DNA of 64,000 bases from Callorhinchus milii. Taxonomy: Eukaryota. The translations under genes were made by a program, and so were the position numbers. A model generated the notes under the pieces. The model did no database searches, was not told the origin of the DNA, and saw nothing but the letters and a program-made list of their open reading frames with translations. The stretch spans positions 30,258,001 through 30,322,000 of the forward strand of contig NW_024704743.1 in assembly GCF_018977255.1 (NCBI RefSeq), in the 5' to 3' direction. Shown piece after piece: positions 1-12,884 of this stretch. The first letter of the stretch is position 1. Each line of letters opens with the position of its first letter.

Positions 1-984
1 CACCTTCCTTCCGTTGTTTAACAGACTGCATACCTCAGTCGTTTTCACTCCATTAAATGCAGAGCAACACTCATGTCAGTGAGGGTGGTGCCACGGCAGG
101 TTACTAAATAAAGCACACAATGAGCTAATTGGGGCTCAAAACGAGGCAAAGTGCTGCAATTATAGAGACGGCTCCTAACAGCAGTAACATGAGCGCTGCA
201 TTCACTGACAGATCTTTCATCCAATTTAAATCTCTTTCTTGTGCACTATTCTGGTTTTGAATGGTTATTAAGCTGAGACATTGTGCCCACGTATATGGTT
301 ATTTATCATTTCACAAGCTGTTTTTTCTAACCTGCTTCTCCAACCTTGCAGAAAAACATCCGATTGCAACTTCTTAAGAATAAACATCCAGCTATTGAAG
401 CTTGTGACTATTTTCCCAAGATTTTAAATTGCAAGGACCACCCTTCAGTAAACGCTCACTCCAGAGCATCTGTAACATTTACCAACCTGCATAGTTGTTT
501 TATCTGTGGAACATGGGGCGAGGGGGGGAATTTGTACATCATCTTATAACCATTAAACAGAGTTATATGTTGATCTTTTATTCAGACTAGCCTGATAGGT
601 GGTGGCTACACTCATTTCACAACATATTTAATTGAACACTGGGATCTTCAAGTAACATTCAATGAATTATATAAACACTCCTTTTATAAAGAAGGTAATT
701 TCATGTGAAATAAACTATTCCATGGCTCTGAATGTCTGAACTCAATGTATCTGGATTGAATGAAGAGTCTCTCCCTGAGATTTTCCAAACGATGGCTGGA
801 TGTGACTATAGGTCGATGTACAGCCGACTCCTTGTTTACATACTGCACTGTAAAACATTTTAGTCATCCTTCATGTGAGTTGGGTTGCATGAAATTCTCA
901 GTTTGGTTTGGATACTCTTTCGCATGCTGATGGGTTTCCACATATGTCAGACATTTGGCTGACCCCCAAAAAGTCACCCTGGAT

Positions 985-1275
985 CAATCAGTAGCACTCT
1001 CACCTCTGAGTCAGAAGGTTGTACGTTCAAGCCCCACATTGAAACTTTGAGCTCATAGTTTAGATCCTGTCTGCCAGGTGGATGTTAAAGATCCCATGGC
1101 ACAATTTGAAAATAGAAGTGACTTTCTGGGCCAATAATCCCCCAGATAAACTTAGTCATTCTCTCCAGGGCTGTTTATGGGACGTAGCTGTGCACAAATT
1201 GGCTGCTGTGTTCGCCTACAAAAACAAGCGCCACACTTTACAGAAAAACTCTTTTCAGAGTGATAAGACGCAATA
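985..1275 (+). mobile_element. Deu-domain SINE (SacSINE1/AmnSINE1-like), internally deleted copy
   Basis: Head gtagcactctcacctctgagtcagaaggttgt, Deu core caggtggatgttaaagatcccatggcac, and 3' block gctgtgcacaaattggctgc. Homologous to copies at 24611, 25946 and 48600. Confidence 0.8.
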
Positions 1276-2357
1276 TCAACTGAATGAATTATAATTTTGT
1301 TTCAGAAAGGGCAGGTGCCAATTTAGCCAACGGTTAAATGAGTAATCTACATCTTTGTCAAGCCTATAGACAAAATTGGAATGAAAAATAAAGCTATGAA
1401 GAACATTGCACCATTACCTTGTTTCAGTGTCACTCCCACAGCTCTGCTTTTGCAAATTAAATATTCACATTACACTAGAGGAGTTGTGTAAAATAAATAT
1501 TTCTAAAGTAGTGAATAGAAAAATAACAGCTTGGGAGACATTCAGAAGCAGGAACCTAGCTTTCAGATTAAATTGTCCTACAGAGGCTACACTTTAACCA
1601 ATTACCTATTCATTCCCATTTAATCTAATTTATCCACTAAACCCAAATCTGATGGAAAATTTTTCCCACTGGATAAGACTGAAGCCGAGGTTATACTTCC
1701 CAATCCAAATCATCCTTGCAGCGAGAGCTTATGAAACATAGATATGCTATTTGTAGAGCTCAGCACAACGTAAACTACTCTTTAATGTTATTAAAGAGCC
1801 GTTGCATGATCAGCTCTTTAATAATATTAGAAAAATGTCAGCTGAAAGCTCCCACGCGTTTAATAGACCTTTAACTTGACCATAGGGGAGTGTGAATTTA
1901 TTTATACTTAAGCTCCAAATTGCATGGCTCTTGAAACCTCCTCCACCACATGAATCCCTGAAACCTCCTACACAATGTGAGTTCCTCCAATCTCATGAAA
2001 CCCTTTGCTTTAACCTTGTCAGTGAGATTGTGAAGTGAAAGTCAATAAGTTTTAACTTTCAGGCAGTTTTGTTCTATTGTCTGGCAGAAACTTTGCTGCC
2101 CTGCATGATTGTGAAACAATTGTTTAGAAAGAGCCCACTTCATCCAGTTCTCTAATGTGTAACATGACAGGCCTGGCTTCTTCAGTAGCTATACTCCTAT
2201 AGAAGTGGTGGACTCCAATAAGTTTCACTCCATTAAGAGGCTGAGGTTTGATCAGATAATTTGGAACAAAAGATAAAGAACTTGCATTTTTATAGCAACT
2301 TATCAATTAACATGTTCCTCTGCGGTAATTACCATCAAGCACAGTGACTGTTTTTTT

Positions 2358-2541
2358 AAATAATAATAATTTGGTCACTCAATCCACAACTGTTTGTGGG
2401 ACATTACCGTGTGCAATTGGCCGTTGCGTTTCACCCATGAAATATGCAGTCAATTCACTATACAGCATATTCTGTGAAGCGCTTTGAGACATCTCAAAGA
2501 TGTGATAAGGTGCTATATCAAATGCAATGATTATTATTATT
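2358..2541 (+). mobile_element. Young tRNA-derived SINE, 3' half
   Basis: ttggtcactcaatccac...gtgaagcgctttgagac...gctatatcaaatgcaa followed by (TTA)n; matches full-length copies in the window. Confidence 0.9.
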
Positions 2542-2669
2542 GCTATATCTTAGCATCCTGTTTATCTTGCCTCATACTGTTTAACATGGTAAACAATGAG
2601 TCACCTAAAATCCCAAGATCTCTTTCAGCTTCCCCCTTGGCAAGTTCTATCTAATCCATAAAGTATATG

Positions 2670-3085
2670 CGTTTCATATTCTTACTTTCTATCTTTAGTA
2701 CCTTACATTTATCAGTATTAAACTTCATTTGCCAGTCATCAGCCCATGTGCACACCCTGTCAAGCTCTCTTTGTGAGTCTTTTATCGCCTCCTCTTTTTG
2801 CAGAGTTTTCCTTAACATGGTGACATCAACAAAATTAGTAACCTTATCCTAATTCTGTGAATCCAGGTCATTAATATCTACAAGGAACCGGGGGTGGTGG
2901 GGTGGGGGGCGGTCCCAATTCGGACTGCTGATGTGTCCCACTTAATATCTCCTTCCATTTTGATCTAGCTTCCCTATCTGCTTCAGCCAATTCTAAATCC
3001 ATGTCCGTGTCTTGCCCTTGATACCCAGTGACCACAGTCTGTGAAAGAGTTTTTCATGTGATACTTTGTCAAACACCTTTTGGAA
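2670..3085 (-). mobile_element. Degraded CR1-clade LINE reverse-transcriptase fragment
   Basis: Minus-strand translation gives KVFDKVSHEKL and QRELDRVCTWADDWQMKFNTDKCKVL, resembling the CR1 RT motifs KAFDKVPH and WQMKFNxxKCKV. Confidence 0.8.
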
Positions 3086-3354
3086 CATATTTTATTTTAA
3101 GCATGCACCAATACACACCATGGTCAGTTAAGTGAAATTATTGTATCAATGCGTGGACAGTCCAGGGTTTGCCCCCGAGCTGGGGGCTGAGAGGATGGGG
3201 GCCAAAGGGATGGGTATGGGTCAAAGAGGAAGGTCTTCCAATAGCAGAGCTGGTGTTGGCAGCATCTAGACTTACGCACCAGCTAGAAAAAGTATAAAAA
3301 GGCTCTGTTTTGCTTTGACATGTCCTTTTTCTCCTGCCATGAGCACACATTAAA

Positions 3355-3430
3355 CAAATTGATCATTGCTAGACGAAAGAAGACCAAGTCCATCCAGTTT
3401 GCCTTGCACCATCCTGGCAGTTGCAATGCA
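3355..3430 (-). mobile_element. CR1-type 3' UTR fragment
   Basis: gtccatccagtttgccttgcaccatcctggcag is shared with 51742-51960 and, in reverse complement, with 44030-44086. Confidence 0.55.
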
Positions 3431-5841
3431 CATATCGTATCCCAAACTATATTCTGAATTCCACAGCGCTATCTGCACTCATATTTATTTGGGCTTCTAC
3501 TATAGAGGGGTGGAATCCATTTTTTTTAAAAAAGTCCTGTAGCTCCTCAGATAAGATGTAGAAAATAATTATCCATGACAAATCAAACTTCTCTCAGCCA
3601 CAGCCAAATTGCTGTTAGATCAGAAACGCAGATAAACACAATGATTTCATAACAAGTCATATTATTGCAGTCCTAAGTCACAATCAAGCCATTCTCCGCC
3701 ACATTGCTCTTGATTATTTTCTCTGTGCTGCAAGATAAATGCAATAATTCAACGGCTCTGATGTACATGTTAAAAGGGATAAGCAACAATAAATCTATAG
3801 GTTTCCAGCAGCTTTCATTGTCTCAGACAATTGGATAGCACTTCAGGATGTTATCCCATGTGAAAGACGCTTATAAATGCAAGTTGTTGTTGTTGTTGAT
3901 AGTTAGTTGTTTCAATACCTCCAATTTTCCTTCCAGTGTCCCATTTTTGTTGCTTCCCATTTATCTTTTGTTTGCTGTGAAAAATGATAAAGTTATAATT
4001 AAAACAATACTTTCCAGGTCCACGTTGAAAAAATAATTAGTTAATCCAACAGCAAAAGTGGTGCATCTTTCACAACTGGTTACTATGGAAATGTAGTCCT
4101 TCAATCAAATCTATAAAAAAATCTCATTGGTGATGTGTTTAATATGTTGCAAACCTCTTACAGAGGCGATAATTAAATGGTTTTAATCCACACCAATAAA
4201 AAGCATGGATTTAGGTATGTATTTCAAAACAATAATTTTCCTCATTTTGACAGTATTGAAGAAATTTGATCTGAATTTCTTATTGAATGACTTGGTCTGT
4301 GAATGAGAAAACTCGGTGGATTCCTCTCACTGTGAATGCAGTCACTTTGACAGCAAGTGTACCGACATTGTCAAGGGTACTATGCTTAGCGGCAACCTGA
4401 ATTTCTCATCCGTTGTCTACTTGTTGCACAATTAATGCCTTTACTGTAAAACTCACATAAGTTGTATCAGTTAGGACCATAACATTTAATATGACTTATG
4501 CAAAGTATGAGTTATGACAAACCTGGATAAGTTGTATCATATATGACTTATGTAAAGTTATATTTAGCCATGTGTGCATGGCTATTTAAACACATTATAT
4601 GTATGTGGTAACAATTTCTCTAGTCAGGCTTTAAAAATATTCATATTCAAAAGCATCTCTCTGTGCATTGACCTGATCTACGATCACTTTCATCAAAGGA
4701 AAACACAGATCTCTCGTAACAAACAAACGTTTGGTGACAGAACTGTGCTGTGCATTTGCGCAATCGTTTTCACCAAATTTTCAGAAACTAGTTGAGAAAA
4801 CCCACTGTCAAATCTTACACTAATGTGTTGTTTTGCTTTTATGTTGCTAATATTTGCTTATGTTTGAGTTTTGCTGCTGTCTATGTGGTATTCTTGGTAT
4901 TGCCTTTGCCGAGAAATTACTATGACATGCTTATACATAAATGTTATGGAGGAAATTCTGTGACTTATTTCATTTTTTGACTGGTGTGGCCCACACTGTT
5001 GTTCATAAGACACAGATGTGGCTCAGTACAAATCTGGGTTAACCACTGTGGCGTAGCAGCAAGCCCTCAATTGGAAGCCAACAATTATAGAGCTAAAATG
5101 AAATAGGTATTCAATGTTTCTTTGTTTTGATAGAATAAGATAAATTGTCTTGAAACTATACATAAGAATGATCTGATTTATTTTAGTCATTTAAACGCTT
5201 CCTGTTTGCTCACGTTATATATTCGGCATAAGGTCCAAGGGCAAAATTACAGTGATTGCTAACCAATTTGTTAGTTGATGAACATATCACTGAATCTGTT
5301 AAGAAAGATTGTACAAGGCCATTGGAAAACTAACATTTTGTATTGGCTCCCGGTCAGTAGAAGCCAACCATGCAGTATGAGATCACATGTTCCACTCCTG
5401 GACATGTCAGTGACTCCTGGGGGCGAACAGTACTCCCCACCCCACCCCCAGATGTGGGCTGGCTCAGTGGCTACGATGAGGGTGTTTCAGGTGAACAGTT
5501 ATCACTGGGACATATCCAGAAGTGGTGGTTAAGCTACTTATCACTAGTGATATTTATCAAATCACGTACCACATTTTTTCACCCTATAATCTAATGGTTC
5601 CAAGCACTTAAACTGTTCTTTAATTAGAAACACAGTACATTCATTCCGGGATGCCAGATTGTACAATGAGGAAGATCTGAGGAATTTTTCTCACCAAGTA
5701 CATTTTTGTTTCATTGAAGAATTTTACTGCTTAGCTAGGGGTTTCCCAACAGAGTTAAAAAGATATTCAAATACAACCAGATACATGCTCAGATTTCTTT
5801 AAAAAAAATCAAAAAAAGAGCATGGCATTTAGTGTATCACT

Positions 5842-6220
5842 GTGAAGTCCTGTAGTGTATTGGTTAGAGTATTTGCCTTGCAAGCGAGAGTACCTGGGTT
5901 CGATTCCCTGATAGGGCGAAATATTGGGTATGTTTCCTAACTCCACACGCCACTGTTCACTAGAAGTAACTAGGAACCCATTTGGTAGTCGAATTACAAA
6001 TCACTTTCCTGGGGGTAATAATCCCTTCAAGAAAAATAAATAATAATTCGGTCATTTAGTCCATGACTGTTTGTGGGACATTACTGTGTGCAATTGACTG
6101 CTGGGTTTCACCTCCAAACATACACTTCACTTTACAGAATATTCTGTGACACACTTTGAGCTGTCTAGAAGATGTGATAAGGCTCTGTATCAAATGCAAT
6201 GATTATTATTTTATTATTAT
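5842..6220 (+). mobile_element. Young tRNA-derived SINE, full-length long form
   Basis: tRNA-like head with B box ggttcgattcc, CORE-like segment, Deu-like 3' block and (TTA)n tail. Confidence 0.9.
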
Positions 6221-7039
6221 CATCAGCCGAGGCTTGTAAAGTCAACATTGGAGACAGAAAGCACTGATTGTTTTCCAAGTCTTTAAAATAAAGTTCGAGG
6301 TGAAAATTGTTAAATAACAAAAAGAGTTCACTGAATATAATTCAGTGAAAAGAATTATAAAATGCAAAGTAAAGAGTTTCAGGTAAAATAAAACACATGC
6401 TATAAATCCTGACATTGTGTGCAATTATTGGCCTAACACAGTTCATTCAGGGCTGTCATACTTAGCAGGCTTTTGTTTTCTGTGTTATGTGTGGTAAGCC
6501 TCAAGCTAAAATAAAACAAATTGATAAAAAATCCTGTGAAGTGATGTTTATTCTAAGTGGCACAGCGAAATTTGAACATGGCATTTTCTTTGGTGCAGAT
6601 TAGAACAATGGTGGCTGGTGATTTGCCACAAGGCGTGCACGGCAAACTGGGATGGAGATAACATGAATGGCACTGGATCCCACTGGTGACACCATCTGGA
6701 GGAGGTGGAGGTGGTTTCAGGAGCAATGTGCTTTGCACTCGCTGCAGTATACATGTGGTGGATGTGAATCGCACTGTGCTTGCACCTGCCCTTCATTGGT
6801 TGAAAGCTCCAGGATGGTTAAATAGACAATGTGGGAACTTTCAATGGCCTGGCTTTTGATGGACTGGTTATAAAAGAGCTGCGTGTGACAGAGAAGGTGG
6901 CTGGAGCATAGAATTCTCTCCCACAATCTGTCCTTGAATTTCTTTAAATGACAGTGAAGTACAGGTCGTGCCTGAAGGCCTTCCTGTTGGACCGTGCCTA
7001 CAATCACCTCCCACTCACGGATCGCCATCGTGCTCTGCT

Positions 7040-7215
7040 ACAGTCTGGGACGCTACCCTGCATGAGGGGTGGTATATAAATGCAAGTTGTTGTTCTTTAA
7101 ATAGAATATTAAAGGGTACTGGGATCGAACAGGAGAGAGGATTGAACTGGATGGCTCAAGTGGAGGAAAGCAGCAGTGCAGATTCAATGGGCCAAATGCC
7201 CTGTTTCTGCTCCCG
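7040..7215 (+). mobile_element. Older L2 3' tail followed by a CR1-like 3' UTR fragment
   Basis: tctgggacgctaccctgcatgagggg...tatataaatgcaagttgttg, followed by ...gcagattcaatgggccaaatgccctgtttctg. Confidence 0.55.
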
Positions 7216-7826
7216 TTTCCATTTCAAGGGAATGAACATCTTTTCATACAGCTTGGACATGATAAGTTAAGATGTCATGTCAAGACAGACAAAGGTAGTG
7301 GACAGTGGGAGGCCAGTTCCTTGCAGATGCATATAGATATTAACGAAAGATACTGGCTTGTTCACAGGAATGTTAAAAGCTAGTGTGAACCTTGCAGCGT
7401 ATCACTCATGTTTGCACAGCATCATGTGTCTGACATAACACCCCCATCAGGGGTCACTTTTAGCAAGCAAGGTGGGAGAGGTAAAATTGTCATAATAATT
7501 TGAGTTAAATAATCGACACAGGTGAAATGTAATACTGAAGGATTTCAAAACTAATAACGGTTATAATTAATGCTCGCAATAGTTTTGAAACCCCACAAAC
7601 CTTATCCAATATATCTTGGAATTTGAACCAAATCATATTTGAACAGATTTCACTTCTATTGCCGCTGAAATCGACTTTACATCATGCACAGCTTTCCTTA
7701 AAGTTATTACTGGTAATTACCCCAGGGATTTGATATCAATACTGCTCCACAGTTCGAATGCTTGTATTTGTATTTGTAAAGTAAAGTACTTCCTTGTGAC
7801 AATCTGTAACTTGACTCAGTTGTAAG

Positions 7827-8101
7827 CCAACTCCGCTCACCATTGGTGGGCAGGCCTTCAGCCTCTCTGCCCCCACCTTCTGGAACTCCATCCTACAATC
7901 CCTGCGCCTCACTCCCTCATTGCCTCCTTAAAGACCCTCCTCTTCGATTGTGCCTTTGGTTAGCCTCCTACCCTTACCATCCCCACCCTCCACCCCTCCT
8001 GATCCCAACCACCAGCTCGGTTTCGGATCACTGACTGTCCAGCACCTTGGGACGTCCTCCTGACGTGAAAAGCGCAATACAAATGTAATTTGTTGTTGTT
8101 G
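7827..8101 (+). mobile_element. L2 LINE 3' end (5'-truncated)
   Basis: gggcaggccttcagcctctctgcccc...ttgggacgtcctcctgacgtgaaaagcgc...(GTT)n, flanked by gttgtaag at 7819-7826 and 8098-8105. Confidence 0.85.
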
Positions 8102-8497
8102 TAAGAAGTTGTTCTTGTTCACAAAATATATGTAAGGATTCATCACAATCATATTCATTTAACATATGCAATAAATGTGCTCATCCCTTGCAGTAAGGTT
8201 AAACTGTAATGTCAGACAAACTATAACAAGAAAGTTTGCAGAAAGCAATCCAAGAATTCAATGCTTCCGAATTCCCCCTACTAACTTATATAGTCTTATT
8301 CTGACATAAAACTGCAGAGGTCTTCTAATCTAAAAAAGATTGAATATAATGTATTATCCAGTTAACATAAATTCACTTGGGATAGGATCTTGTGAGGTCC
8401 ATATCAGTTTTCAGGACAATCAGCTTTACTGTACATGTTCTTAAAAGGTACAGGAAACATTGCACTAGGAAAGGGAAAGTGTGGTTGTTTGCAGTAA

Positions 8498-8827
8498 TGG
8501 AGTCCTGTAGCTCAGTGGTTAGAGCACTCGCTTCACAAGTGAGAGACCTGGGTTCAATCCCCAGCAGGTCAGGGCCAAACCTTGGGCAAGTTTCCTTACT
8601 CCACACACAGCCCTAATAATAATCCCTCCAAAACAAAACAATGATAAAATTGGTCATTTTCAATCTAGGACTGTTTGTGGGACATTGCTGTGCGCAATTG
8701 GCTGCCGCGTTCGCCCACAAATATACAGTCAATTCACTTTACAGTGTGTTCTGTGAAGCGCTTTGGGACGTCCTTCTGACGTGAAAAGCGCTATATCAAA
8801 TGCAAGGATTATTATTAAGGATTATTA
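8498..8827 (+). mobile_element. Young tRNA-derived SINE, full-length short form
   Basis: A box tagctcagtgg and B box ggttcaatcc. Lacks the central segment of long copies and has an L2-like tail gggacgtccttctgacgtgaaaagcgc. Confidence 0.92.
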
Positions 8828-9799
8828 ATGTAGCTCTTGATATTCTGGAGGAAAATCAATGTATGAAGGCCTGGAATAAGTGGAATATGGCCCACAGCCT
8901 GAATTCTGGAATTTAAAACGCATCTTTCATGAACTGTAAGTTGTTGCTTTAATTGTGACTTCTACTTTATAACCACAGTTGATGTTTACCTTTGGAGGCT
9001 GTTCTCGGCCAGGAAAAGGCTTGCAAAGTCCAACAAAATGTTGGAAAGCAAAACAGTGGCCTGAAACATTTTTTGACAGCATTTGAGATTGCAGATATTA
9101 GCTGGGTTAAGGGGAGATATGACTAGTTGACACCTCATAAGACACACCAGTGTCCAGCATAATAGAGGATGTTTTTGTTGGCAAGGAAGTGATAATTAAG
9201 TCCAAGAAAGTGATAATTGAAAGTAGCAAAGTTGCACAAAGTCGAAAGATCGTTCACCCTTTACCTGGTTGGATGTTTAGAATGGATTGTTCCTGAACCA
9301 GACAGCTGAAGATACAAAGCTGTTCAAAGAGCCATGATCTGATCCTCGGACTCAACCCCACTCTCCTCAGATCCCCTGATAAGGTACAGCCAGTCAATCA
9401 ACTATTACTTTATTCGTGGACAGATTACTTCATCCTTCTTAACATTTGCCTACAAAATACAGAGCCACTTCACTTTACAGTAAAATCCAGTGAAGCATTT
9501 TGCAACATCCTTCCAATTTGAAAGGTTCTGTATCAAATGTAACTATTATTATTATGATTATTACTACCCTAATATCCGATGAATTATGGACTAATGTGAA
9601 GTAAAAAGGTTCCTCCATTCCTATCAATTTAACACCATAGTTCAGTAAAACAGAGTAAATCTATGGGAACTGATCTGATAATCCTTGTTAATCAGATAAT
9701 GAGATTAGAGAAGCTATACCAACAATAGCTGTGATTATTAAATGGGATAATGTGACAATCCGGATATTAATCAGTGCAAATTTCATTCTGACTTTTTCC

Positions 9800-10205
9800 C
9801 CATATCCGTCTCTGCACCTGACTCATTTGGCTCCAATGGCTCCCCATCCAATAGCAGATCCGTCCCCAATCTCAAATACACCTATTGTGCCCACCCTACC
9901 TTGTGATTTTCTGTAACCCTACTGCCCCAGCTTAACATCACCGGCCTGCTTAATGTCCCCTGCCCGCTCCAGCCCAACATCAGTGAGTGAGTCTTAAGCC
10001 ATTCTGCCTCCGCTCTCTGGAACTCCCATCCCCGAGTCCCTCCCATCCCTGAGACCCTCTACTTTGTCACCTCCCTCTCTGTCTTCAAAACTATCTCAAA
10101 AACTCTCTTCTACTGCATTTTCATTCACCTTTTCTAACCCCTCCTCAGCCTTCCTCAATTATGTGAAGCTCTTTATTGTCCTCCTGATGTAAATTGTTGG
10201 TGTTG
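9800..10205 (+). mobile_element. Degraded L2 3' fragment
   Basis: atttggctccaatggctccccatc...ctctggaactcccatcccc...tcttcaaaactatctcaaaaactctcttc is colinear with the L2 copy at 14642-15171. Confidence 0.65.
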
Positions 10206-10303
10206 CCTGGTTGCATTTCAACTTAAGTTGTTCATTATAAAAGGCAATAGCCTATGAGATGTAAGCATTATGAGCATGAATTATGAGAATTAAATCACCC
10301 AGG

Positions 10304-10539
10304 ATAATAATAATAATAATCCTTGCATTTGATAAAGCGCTTTTCACGTCTTCTAGACGTCTCAAAGCGCTTCACAGAATATACTGTAAAGTGAATTGAC
10401 TGTATATTTGTGGACGAACGCAGCAGCCAATTGTGCACAGCAGTGCCCCACAAACAGTCATAGATTGAAAATGACCAATTTTATTATTTTGAAAATAATC
10501 AATTTATTATTGTTTGTCTTTGGAGGGATTATTATTAGG
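10304..10539 (-). mobile_element. Young tRNA-derived SINE, short form lacking head
   Basis: Reverse complement of the tail (aataatccttgcatttgata...cacgtcttctagacgtctcaaagcgc) and body. Confidence 0.9.
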
Positions 10540-10859
10540 ATTCAGTAGTTAGAAGTACTTTTAAAAATATTCGACCTTTAAATATAAATTATAATTCAGC
10601 AATGTTAAATGATATTAGCTGCTATTAAGCAAGTCTTTTGTTTTGCTCAAAGTGAAGCGGAGTACATGAAACTATAACTTTTTAAATATGAATTTCCTTT
10701 CATTGATGTAGTGACTTTTACTTAAGGTATCTAATATGCCAGGCAACAGCTTGTACTGTATATATGGGAGCAGGGTGGAACTTCAAAATATTTTTTCGAT
10801 CTTCTGCTTTTCACCATTTATATGTTCTCCCTTAGTGATATCTTCCATAACCATGGGGC

Positions 10860-11270
10860 CCATTTGCATATGTACACAGGCAACCTCTGATCTATCTCTC
10901 TGTCTTCACCCTTGATTCCAAGCCAACCACTGTTCTGACTGATTGCTTGTCAGACAACGAGGCCTGGATGTGTTTTGACGTTCTACAGCTGAATGCTGAC
11001 AAAACTGAGGCTCTCCTATTTGACTCCTATCAGTGGCTATTCACTTCAGGTATTGAACGCATTCACCTCCATGGATGCATGCTCTACTCTCACTGAGTCA
11101 GTGCACAACCTGTTGTCCTGTTTGATGTCCTGTTGTCCTTTAAGCCCATCATCTGGGCTCTCACTTGCTCGGCTTTCTGCAACATTTCTCACCTCTGCGA
11201 CTGCCTCTCTTCCCAGGCTACCAATACCCTCATTCCCCTTCATTATGTCCAGGATCGACTATGTCATTTT
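10860..11270 (+). mobile_element. Highly degraded L2 RT fragment
   Basis: catatgtacacagg..., cagctgaatgctgacaaaactgaggctctcct and tccaggatcgactat correspond to the HMYADD, QLNxxKTEALL and SRLDY regions of the copy at 59 kb. Confidence 0.6.
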
Positions 11271-11789
11271 AGCTGGTTAGACTCCAACAGTATCCCAACG
11301 CACACTCTGGGGACCCGAAGCCTGGACTCTTGCCAACCTGCGCCTAATACGTTCTGGAATTAGGTAGCAGGATGTGTCCCTCCAGGGAGAGGGGGTGGTG
11401 GTGGGAGTGGGGGGCAACATTTAATTTGCAATATTTCTTAGCCGATTTCTTAAAGGAGTGGTGATTACATTTCTTAAACACTAAATGGACTGAGGAATGG
11501 AAGAATGGAATTCTTGGTTTGGTTTGGATACTTAAGCATGGTGATGGGTTTCCCCATGTATCAGCTGACCACAAAAAATCTTCAAAACTATTTTCCCACA
11601 CATTCAGAAATGTGATTGCTTGTTCTTCAGCACATTCAATGCTTTAGAAATTCTATATTTCTTACTGAGAAATCTTTTAAGAAATACCACAAATTAGATC
11701 CAACTTTGAAAGCATTTTTTATTTTGTATGGTGCTAGTTCTGGTGTTTGCAATGCCCAAAGCCAGGAAAGGACAAGATTGTGTGATTGT

Positions 11790-12880
11790 GTCAGAGGGCG
11801 GAGGGGGAAGCGAGGAAATCAAAAGCACGGTCACGGTCAAAGAGGAGGGTCTTGAGGTGGGTCTTGAAGATAGCAAGGGAGGGGGTGAGACGGAGGGACT
11901 GTGGGATGAAGTTCCAGAGGGTGGGGGCAGAGTGGCGAAAGACCCGCCCGCCAATAGTGGGGCGAGCAAGGCGGAGGATGTGAAGCAGGCCGGAGCTCGC
12001 TGAGCGGTGAGAGCGAACAGGATGGTAGGTGGTTAGGAGGTTGAAGAGGTAGGGGGGAGCAAGACCGTGGAGGACTTTAAAGGTGAGGACCAGGATCTTG
12101 AACTGTATCCTCTATGTGATGGGAAACCAGTGGAGTTGAGCAAGGATGGGGGTGAAAGGGTCGCGTGTCCCCTCCTAGTGCAGGAGAGGACACGAGCTGC
12201 AGAGTTCTGGATGATCTGCAGCCTGTGGAGGAAAGAGTTGGGGAGGCCGACAAGCAGTGAGTGTGCATAGTCGAGCTTTGATGTAATGAAAGCATGTATG
12301 AGGTTTTCGGTGGCCTGTGATGTGAGACAGTGTCAGAGCCAAGCGACGTTGTGAATATGGGGGACAGCAGAGCGGGTCCTGGCGCAGATGTGGGGTAGTA
12401 AGGAAACAGGTAGGGATGGGGTCGAGGAAGCAAGTGGTGGGTTTCATACGGGTAATGGTGGTGATGAGAGAGGAGGGGGAGACAGGTTCAAAAATGTGGA
12501 GGGAGGGATGGGTAGGGGCCAGGGTGGGAGGAGGTGATGGGGAGGGGGTAGCAGTTGCAGAGGCAGAGGCAGCTGAGTGGATTCCCTCGACTTTGGATTT
12601 GAGGAAGTCCAGCATCGCTTTGCAGTTGGCATTTGAGGTGAGGATGGGTGAGGAGTGAAAGGGTGGCGGAGGAGTCGGTTCGTGATGGAGAAGAGGAGCC
12701 TGGGGTTGTCCTTAGCCTCCAAGATTGTCTTGGAGTACGATAACGATTTTGTGGAGGCGAGGGCGGAGCTGTAGGATTTGACATGGTCCAGCCAGATCTG
12801 CCGATGGACAGTTAGGTTTGATTTAAGCCAGGTTCGCTCAGTAGAACATGCCTGGGTTTTAAGGGAGTGGAGGTGGCTCC
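11790..12880 (-). mobile_element. L2 LINE fragment with internal deletion of the RT core
   Basis: Minus frames give EAKDNPRLLFSITNRLL and FEPVSPSSLITTITRMKPTTCFLDPIPT (pre-RT ORF2). These are joined to sequence colinear with the post-RT region and 3' end of the 59-kb copy. Confidence 0.85.
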
Positions 12881-12884
12881 CTGC

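Noticed and set aside
6548..7028. Cluster of minus-strand ORFs with Cys/His-rich and poly-Pro segments
   Set aside because: No domain pattern; the + strand frames after the apparent acceptor at 6598 all hit stops.
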